64,000 nt of DNA from Thozetella sp. PMI_491 (lineage: Eukaryota). A program made the translations under genes and the position numbers. Location of the stretch: assembly GCA_021432635.1 (NCBI GenBank), contig MU270019.1, positions 1,113,672-1,177,671 of the forward strand, in the 5' to 3' direction. Positions within the stretch are counted from its first letter, which is position 1. The number at the start of each line of letters is the position of its first letter. Positions 55,999 through 64,000 of the stretch are shown piece after piece. Under the pieces are notes generated by a model. The model did no database searches, had not been told where the DNA came from, and saw only the letters and a list, made by a program, of their open reading frames with translations.

Positions 55999-56635
55999 AT
56001 GGGAGATGGAATACACACTCCTAGCACTGCTGGTCCCGCGGGGTGCGAAGCTCATAGCTTCAAATACCAGACATGGTCGGCATTAATAGCCTTGGGGGTA
56101 ACGCCGGTCTTTCTAGTCCCCGCAATCTTCGATGCGCGAGGTTTCTGGGCCCTCATAGACCTGAAAGACCGATATCCTGTGAGTACTGCCCAACCAATCC
56201 AGGTGGAAGCTAACAGCTCCTCGGCAGGTCTGCGATCCGAGTGCCGTGACACTTCCTCGATTCTTCCCCGAAGTTCTCCGGCGGAATATCAGTTGCACAC
56301 ATCTCCTCCTCATGATCACGGTCGGGATCACGGTGTACTATTCTGCAGCCGTGACCTTCTTCCTCTGGGGCGCATACCGCCGACCTCCTAGCATGACCAG
56401 CCGGGATCGGAGCGGAGCGAAAGAAACGAGTTACAGACCCGAAACGCATATTCCGGGAACCTCCAATGTCCAGCGAGATCTGGTCATCTTGACGGCAGGC
56501 AGCCTGCTCATCGCCTACGCCGGATCCGTCCGCGATTCGGCGATGCTCTTCTTGGTCATCTGCCCGCTGCTTTTGAACGTCCATATGATACTATACGTTG
56601 CGACCAAATACATGGGACACCGACTCGGACGGTAA
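55999..56635 (+). CDS. Small orphan membrane protein, about 195 aa with 3-4 TM segments, 2 exons
   Basis: ATG at 55999. Intron 56179-56227 (GTGAGT, GCTAAC, CAG) joins two ORFs in frame. Both exons contain hydrophobic stretches. Confidence 0.6.
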
Positions 56636-57352
56636 AACCGCGTGCTCGCCGTTGCGCATCAGCACCGCGATGCTCTCCCATCAGTGTCGAGAGGTCAGTC
56701 GCGGCTGAGCGAACGGGGCGCGGGGCGTCAGATTCGGGTTGCACTCGGGTTGAGGCTCTATAAGTCGAAGATTACGGTATATAGTTCCACTGGTCTTCTG
56801 GTTTGATCCATTGCTTAAGGGCACATGATTGGATGCTGACTGGTAGTTTACAGGCGCTCGCGGGTTCACACCATGAAGTCGGGTGCTCGCCATAGGTCTG
56901 TCTCTCAAATTTAGCGACAAAGGTATGTCTCGGCGATTCTGGCGTTCATCCTCTGCACGATTCTCTAGCGACCGCCCAATGTGTTGTCCATAATATACCT
57001 ACCAAGACAAAAAGCCAAGACCATCCTGCTCCATTCTCTTACCGTCCTCGCTGTCCCGGGAATGAGGGGATATATGTTGTATAGCCTCTCGCTACGGGCG
57101 ACCGTAACGACGACGGCGCCGGAACCTTGTATTCAGCGGGTTCCTGGATTTACAACAAGCAGTACCTCTTCTTTAACTGGACAGACGGAAATCTCAATCA
57201 GGAACGCGAGAAATTGGTCAGATATCCGTAGTTATGAATTGGAAATAATTTTTTTGGTAGTAGTCTAGAGCCCCAACGCCTTGTATCCCCGTCTATCTAG
57301 GTATAATCCCTCAAAAGCAAGCTAAAAGCAAAACTAGACCGAGGGAGACAGC

Positions 57353-58117
57353 TCAGTACGAGATGCTCGCAATCTTCCTGACCCACTTATCGCTGTTGTC
57401 CTGGATCGTGTTCTCGAACATCCACCTGCCGACGTCCTCGCGGCTGATGGCGTAGCCCAGAGCCTTGCTCTCGAGCTTGTGGGCGACGGGGTCCTCCATG
57501 CCCTCCCGGATGGTCTTGACCTTGTTCTTCTTCTTCTCCTTCTCCTCGTCGCCGTCCATCAGCAGGCTGGGGCGGACGATGGTCCACACCTCGCCGCTGG
57601 CGATCAGCAGGTCCTCCATCTTCTTCTTGTCCTTGTGCGGCTCCTTCAGCATGTAGTGGTACATGGGGATCATGGCGAGGGGGATGTCGCGGCCGTGCTC
57701 GCTGATGCCGGTGGTGCTGATGACGACGATGCGAGGGGAGCCCGTCAGGCCGCGCTCGTTGCGGGCCTTGGTGAGGGCGGCGAGCAGCGTCTTCATGCTG
57801 TTCTCGCACACGGTGGGGTCGTCGTTGTTCATCTTGGAGAAGTTGAAGGCGCCGCCGATGGTGAAGACGATGCTGTCGACCAGGGCCGACGGGTTGGCCG
57901 GGTTTGGGAGGGACGACAGGATCGAGTCGACGTCGAGGGTGTTGCCCTGCTCGATGCGCAGCTTGCTCTGGTCCTGGCCCGCAAGCTTGTCGGAGAGCTT
58001 CGAGGGCGTGCGGCAGAGGGCGATGCAGGTGTGGCCGGCGGCCAGGGAGCGGTTGAGGACGGAGAAGCCGGAGCCGCCGGTGGCGCCGAGGAAGAGGATA
58101 GTCTTGGGTGCCGACAT
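57353..58117 (-). CDS. NAD(P)-binding Rossmann-fold protein (atypical SDR, flavin reductase/BLVRB-like)
   Basis: ILFLGATGGSG, ALCRTPSKL, VVISTTG, PHKDKKKME, WTIVRPSLL and ISREDVGRW. Strong GC3 codon bias. Confidence 0.88.
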   Translation of the reverse strand: MSAPKTILFLGATGGSGFSVLNRSLAAGHTCIALCRTPSKLSDKLAGQDQSKLRIEQGNTLDVDSILSSLPNPANPSALVDSIVFTIGGAFNFSKMNNDDPTVCENSMKTLLAALTKARNERGLTGSPRIVVISTTGISEHGRDIPLAMIPMYHYMLKEPHKDKKKMEDLLIASGEVWTIVRPSLLMDGDEEKEKKKNKVKTIREGMEDPVAHKLESKALGYAISREDVGRWMFENTIQDNSDKWVRKIASISY

Positions 58118-59063
58118 GGTGTTTATGGGATTAGAGTTGTTGGTGTGTATGAAGCTTGACTGGTGGGGTAGGCAGCGTTCAGGTCAAGTGCCTTGCGGGG
58201 TGGTGCTTAGAGCTTGGTTGTAGTGGTGATTGTTTGGATCTGCTGGCTGAGTGTGGTAATGTTGGTGTCTGTCGGATCGAGTCCTCATCGTCGAGGACGA
58301 ACAAAGCTTTTATGTCCATCGTTCTCGCGTGAAATTCGTCGTCGGAGGCGCCAATCTGAAGTCATTCCGCGCTGGATGCTGCCGAAAACTAGCCGCACCG
58401 TTTCGAAGGATGACTAGGTCGAAGTGGACCCAGTAGCTAAGGGAGTTTCCTCGCGCGAGAACTGTCCGAGGCGCACGCGAGCCCCACTTTGGGAAGGTGG
58501 ATCTGCCCCTTCGGGCGAGAAAAGTCGGTGGAGATAGCGGGGTAGATGCCCGCGTTGGGATGCGTTATCCAAGCCGTTTCAATTCATGCTATGCACTATC
58601 ATGCTGTATCGAGGAAGAAGCGATCCTTAACGGATTCTAAGTAACCTTCATCAAGCTCTGAGGGGCACTACTCGGGTCCGAGGAGCGCCCCCAGAATATA
58701 GGGCCTGTCCCTGCAGGTAGCTCTCACCAAAATAGTTGCTTCGTAACGAGTACCGTGGTAGAGATGGCGCATCTACTGCGCCTGCGCCGCCTTAATCCTC
58801 TCTGTATTAATAGGATTGTATTAGTTACGCCCCAATTTCCACAGTGCCTCGTGTTTAGAGGATTGGGCTTCCTCACTCTCATATTTCCTGTTTCTTGTCC
58901 TCGTCTTAGGTCTAGGATGCTACATCTTGCAATAGTTACCATCAACTCTACGTAGCACTGATAGTAATTGCCCGGAGTCACAATGACTATCAGCTGCGTA
59001 TCTCTCCTTTTAAGTCTGTCGGTGCCCATATGGTGCTGTTTCGATCCTAGTGGGACTGCGCTG

Positions 59064-59079
59064 CCCCCCCCCCCCCCCC
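59064..59079. repeat. Poly(C)16 tract
   Basis: 16 consecutive C residues. Confidence 0.9.
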
Positions 59080-59900
59080 GGCCTAGTCATCTATAGGGAA
59101 CATGCAGCGCTTGCAGTGTTGCCCTGTGACAGAGCCATGGGATTTATGTAACAAGGTCACTTAATTCAGCATGGCACCCTACCGGGGCAAAAGGGCATAC
59201 CCGCTGCTTAAGCCCGATGTTTGGGGCAGAGCTGTTTAGGGGCATGTCAACAAACGCCAATAGGTGGAACAGTATCATTTGTCTAGGGCCGGCTGGAACT
59301 GTACTCCTGCACCCCGGGTTTATGTTGTTTCAGACCTCCCATGTTAGTCACGTTCGTTTTGGCAAGATACAACTACCAGACAGAATACCTTGTTCGGACA
59401 CTCACTATGTCAAGAGCTGACTTTGACGATTTTTGGAGGTATAAAATACCTCCCCCCTCCATCCGTTTTTAGAGCAATGCTGCATCAAAGATTATTAATC
59501 GCCCGGAAGCTCCAAGCGGCGGTGGCTCACGGCACTGCACAGGGCAGCTGGGATTTCTTGTCCGGGTCGGCCGGATGCATGTGCCAATCTACCGTTGTAC
59601 TCCGTAGTGATTACTACGCCGAATAGGGATAGCACCGGCCTATGCCGTCCGCAAGAAGCCTCCGCCTGGGGCGTGGTTGGCCGCTGAGCACGTCATAATG
59701 CTGACATATACGGCCGGCCTTCAGGTGGAGACTGGCTACGGTCCGCTCCGAATGCCCCTCGACGTCGAGCTTATTAGTGCCCGTAACCGCCGCCCGTTCT
59801 GCCCCTCGCCGCCCCGGCTCACTGGTGCAGCAGATTGGCTCGGAAAACTTTCCTCGTAGAAGATAAGGCAGGCAAGGCAGGCGAGCAACCAAACAAAAAA

Positions 59901-61283
59901 ATGGCGAGCGACGGCACGAAACAGTTGCATCTCACGGCCTTCATGCGGCCGGTGAGCCTGCACACGGGCGCATGGCGATACCCCGGCGCCTACCCGGACG
60001 CCAACTTCAACTTTGGCCACCTCAAGTCGTTCATCCAGAAGCTCGAAAAGGCAAAGTTTGATGCCTTCTTCATGGCCGACCACCTTGCCGTGCTCAACAT
60101 GCCGGTGGAGGCGCTCAAGCGGAGCCACACCGTCACCTCATTCGAGCCCTTCACCCTGCTCTCGGCCCTCTCAGTCGTCACCGACCGGATCGGCCTGGCC
60201 GCCACCGCATCCACCACCTACGACCTGCCGTACCACATCGCTCGCCGCTTTGCCTCGCTTGACCATCTGAGCAATGGCCGCGCCGCCTGGAATATCGTCA
60301 CCACTGGCAACCCGGACTCGTCGCGCAACTTCGGCTCTGAAGAGCACATGCTGCACGGCGAGCGCTACAAGCGCGCCCGCGAGTTCTACGACGTCGTCAC
60401 CGGCCTTTGGGACAGCTTCGCCGACGACGCCTTCATCCGCGACCCGGAGTCAGGCATCTTCTTCGACCCGGAAAAGATGCACACCCTAAACCACAAAGGC
60501 GACGAGCTAGAGGTCAAGGGCCCGCTCAACGTTGCCCGCCCGGTCCAGGGCTGGCCCGTCATTGTACAAGCCGGGCAGTCGGAGCCGGGCCGTCAGCTAG
60601 CCGGGGAGACTGCCGAGGTGGTCTTTTGCTCCCCGCGCGACCTCGCCGGCGCTAAGGAGCTATACGCCGACCTCAAGTCCCGCGCGCAGGCTGCGGGCCG
60701 CAACCCGGACCACATCAAGGTCCTTCCCGCAGCCATGATCATCGTTGGGGACAGCGTCGCCGACGCGCGCGCCAAGCGCCTCCACCTCGACAGCCTAGTA
60801 CACTACGACAGCGCCATCGCGTCGCTGTCCATCGCTCTAGGGGTCGACGCCTCGGGCCTCGACCCAGATACCCCGCTGCCCGAGGATCTGCCCGAGACGA
60901 ACGCTAGCAAGACGGCCCGCGCGAGCGCCGAGCGTCTCGCCAAGGAGGAGGGTCTCACCGTGCGCCAGCTCGCGCAACGGTTCGGCGGGTATGCCGGGCT
61001 GGCGTTCGTGGGTTCGCCCGAGGACATCGCCGACCAGATGGAGACGTGGCTGCGCGAGGACGCGTGCGACGGCTTTACTTGCACGTTTCCCTTCCTGCCC
61101 CAGGGCCTCGACGAGGTAGTAGACCGGTTGATCCCCGAGCTGCAGCGCCGCGGGCTGTTCCGGAAGGACTACACCGGGACGACGCTGCGGGAGCACCTCG
61201 GCCTGCCACGGCCGCCTAACCGGTTCTTTGTCTCGCAGAACGGAAAGAAGAGGACACATGAGGAGTTCGAGAGCGCTGATTGA
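59901..61283 (+). CDS. FMNH2-dependent monooxygenase of the NtaA/SnaA/DszA (luciferase-like) family; intronless
   Basis: HTGAWRYP, FDAFFMADHL, FEPFTLLSAL, ARRFASLDHLSNGRAAWNIVT, RPVQGWPVIVQAGQS and PELQRRGLFRKDYTGTTLREHLGL. ATG at 59901. Confidence 0.95.
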   Translation: MASDGTKQLHLTAFMRPVSLHTGAWRYPGAYPDANFNFGHLKSFIQKLEKAKFDAFFMADHLAVLNMPVEALKRSHTVTSFEPFTLLSALSVVTDRIGLAATASTTYDLPYHIARRFASLDHLSNGRAAWNIVTTGNPDSSRNFGSEEHMLHGERYKRAREFYDVVTGLWDSFADDAFIRDPESGIFFDPEKMHTLNHKGDELEVKGPLNVARPVQGWPVIVQAGQSEPGRQLAGETAEVVFCSPRDLAGAKELYADLKSRAQAAGRNPDHIKVLPAAMIIVGDSVADARAKRLHLDSLVHYDSAIASLSIALGVDASGLDPDTPLPEDLPETNASKTARASAERLAKEEGLTVRQLAQRFGGYAGLAFVGSPEDIADQMETWLREDACDGFTCTFPFLPQGLDEVVDRLIPELQRRGLFRKDYTGTTLREHLGLPRPPNRFFVSQNGKKRTHEEFESAD

Positions 61284-61659
61284 GCTTGGGTGGTTTACCA
61301 TGTTTAATATTATCGCGAGGTGGCGCACCCTGGAGATGAGCCAAACCCCATATCTGGTCAGAGAGCCGGGTAATAGTGGCCCTTATTCCATGACGAGCTC
61401 TCAGGCCCGTAGCCTAGTGAGGGCAGTACATTGACTCTCATGGTCCGGGCCTAGGTAATTTAAAATATCAAGACGTTCAGCATCTCAGTTGCCATCGCCA
61501 TCTTCTCTTGCGGCTCTCGTCCCGCATCCTATTACCCGCCCGTCGGTGAAGATCTGCTTGATACTCTCATAGCAAGCAGTTTCTTCTGATGAACAGAAGA
61601 GTACAGTTATACAATATCTAGCACTCTCCATGATACCAATGACTGTGTCTAGCCCATCC

Positions 61660-64000
61660 TCAGTACCTCGGACGCCGCACGTCGCCCGGGTGTACTCTCA
61701 CTGACTCGACTGGAACCAATCTAGACCGACGGGGTGTCCTCCCTTGAAGCTCTGGCACCACACATCCCCTTAAATCCCTTTTAATACGCATCAAGCGCGT
61801 CCAATAGCCCAATGACGACTCATGGGGCTGCCGTGCATCCTCGCCGGCTATTACCCACTCGGCCTTGACTACTCCGCTCCAATATTTCTCCTCCGCCTCC
61901 TCCTCAAATCTCCCCGTCATTATCTTGGGCTGTTCCATGAATCGAGTAACAAGGAGCCAACGAATGATGTCTGTGTGTTCCACGGCAAGAGCAACAGCAG
62001 ATGCGTAACCACTACCTCCGTTATACTCCAGGGAGGCACCGCGACGGACCAGAAACTGGACGGCTTTGATGCGGCCGCAGAAGCAAGCTGCCATCAGGGC
62101 AGAGCCACTCGGACAGCCGTCGTAGTCTATTTTTGCGCCGAGGTCCAGCGGGATGCCCTTCCGGTAGAGATCCTTGCACAGCTCGACGTTGTCGTCTGCA
62201 ATAGCATGCTGGAAACTCAGGGCGTTGATGTAGTCATCCGCTGAAGCCACTGTTCTGTGCCCCTCTGGGACCGGAGGCGGCCATGAGAAATGGTTCTCTG
62301 GCTCGAGCTGGCTGATTGACGCTGTATTCCCGACGGGCATACGCCACCATAATTGGCGTCTTTCCGTCTTTCGAGGCAATCGGCATTGCCCTAACCGAAG
62401 AAGGGTCTCCACCAGAGCCGGCTCGTCTGATTGTGCAGCCAAGTGTAGAGGTGTGAACCCGTTGGCGTCTTGGGCGTTAACATCACCCCCCTTAGCATAG
62501 ATGTGCTGAAGTAGCTCCGATATAGCATCGCCATTTACTTCTTCATCGGCGTAATCGTAGTATGCATGGCACAGCCAATGAAGCAGCGTCCTTCCTTCGC
62601 CATCAACAGCCATAGGGTCACAACCTGCGTCTGCGAGCCGCCTGATGCATACAATATGGCCGCTGGATAGCGTGCTTCGGGGATGCTTTCCTCTCCTCCA
62701 TCCCAGGTCATCCCGGGTCTCACTTCTGAGCCATTCCAGTTTACTCAGGGGATTCGCCGCTATGTAAAAGAGCGAGTATCCGGCTCTGTTTCGTATGTCT
62801 TGGGCTTCAGCGCCTCGGTATCGTAGGAAGACATCTAGGCAATCACGGCTGCCGGCAGCAACAATCAGAGCAGCCAGATCGTCGTCATGCCCTTCCTCTA
62901 GGGACATATGACGGTCAACTCTTGAAGGATCAAACGCGAAGGCAAAGGTTTCTTACAATGCCCACTTCCATAGCGACCAATACAAGGTACGCACCACGAG
63001 AGATTGGTCCGGCAAGCCAGATAGGAGGTTCATTAGGGACCGCAGCACCTCATCAAAGCCATCTTCCGTATGCCAGGTCTGATTCATTTGTCCGGAGATG
63101 TAGTCTTCATCCTCGGTCGTCAGCATCGCGCCAGCCGCGAAAAGTATAAAGGCTGGGGTCACATCGTGTAGGATGAAGACGGTGACAAGCGAGTCGGCAA
63201 GCAATGACGGGCTACACTTGTCCGTTGTCACGGCCAGGTCAGATGATATATTGCCAGGACAGTCTGCCCCTGCCCCGAGGAGGTGCTGAACCACCGTGGA
63301 CAGTGCGTAGCGGCTGCGTCCTTCGGGTGTTAATTCCTTCTGGTACCAAGACTGGATATCTGGGCAGGGAATCTTGCAAGTGTACCGAGTGAGCAGCCGG
63401 GTGCCCACCACAGCACAATAAAGAGGGGTCCCCAGCGAGCTCCGGGAATTCACATCTGCACCTTGCTCGATCAGGTATTGACAGATTTCCGGTAGCCCTA
63501 GCATCGAGGCAAGGTGTAAGGGCTTCCTATCTTTGTGAAGTAATAGGGATTGTGTTCTCGGGTTTAACGTATACTCCTCACGGGCTGGCAGAGTGGACCA
63601 GGAAAGGGGTTCGAGGCCCGAGACTCCCTGTAATTCCTGGCCAAGTTGCACCACCCATTGTGCAAACACCTGAGTCTTTCGAGGGTTGAACAGTCGCCTT
63701 GAAAGTTCCATGATTTCCTCATTCTGCCGCGCATTTCTAGTATACTCAAGCCATTTTACGGTGGCATACCGATGGAACTCGTGCTGAGGATCCGGCTCCC
63801 AGGCACACTCCGCTTGCTTTGTCACCTTCTGGGGCCAGACATCAAAGTTTCCCAGCTGGATATACCGGAGACACTGGACGGCTAGCAGCCTGTTGCAGCG
63901 CTGGATTGATATTCTGAATTCGCTGAGGTCATGCTCCGCGAGGTAGTCGCTCTCAAGAAACTCGCGCACCGAAAAGTGGGCGAACTCGAACGCGATGCCT
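61660..64000 (-). pseudogene. 3' part of a large ankyrin-repeat gene (probably NACHT/NLR-like) with an in-frame TAA at 62953-62955
   Basis: FAHFSVREFL winged-helix-like motif at the window edge. Ankyrin motifs PLHLASMLG, GTPLYCA, GRTLLH and GFTPLHLAA. The ORFs 63969-62953 and 62907-61660 are in the same frame. Confidence 0.75.

Noticed and set aside
57479..58223. Long antisense ORFs over high-GC3 genes (also over the sulfatase, DHAD and lactonase)
   Set aside because: Expected shadow ORFs caused by strong codon bias on the coding strand.

Overview
Eukaryotic DNA from a GC-rich filamentous ascomycete, very likely a Sordariomycete (short GT-AG introns with CTRAC branch sites, Pezizomycotina gene families). 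I reconstructed about 18 intact genes and 3 disabled loci by splicing by eye. In order: a transcription factor with two tandem Zn2Cys6 clusters, an intronless sulfatase ending in the peroxisomal signal SRL and a divergent sugar porter (a compact, probably uncharacterised utilisation cluster); about 8 kb with no recognisable gene before a Myb/SANT-like regulator; a dihydroxy-acid dehydratase with no mitochondrial presequence; a GT15 mannosyltransferase; a disabled M3 peptidase; a DUF2236/MpaB-like oxygenase; a CCCH + RAI1/DXO-like nuclease; an SGNH hydrolase; an Mss116-like DEAD-box helicase with a hidden upstream presequence exon; a GH10 xylanase and a secreted lactonase; a 704-aa unknown protein with a 30-bp repeat; an S53 peptidase; a secreted M28-like protein; a decayed region with scrambled Est1-like fragments; an orphan membrane protein; a Rossmann-fold reductase divergent from a bacterial-type NtaA/DszA monooxygenase; and the 3' part of an ankyrin gene with a premature stop. 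I found no tRNA, rRNA or CRISPR array. Family calls come from motif recognition only; no searches were run.
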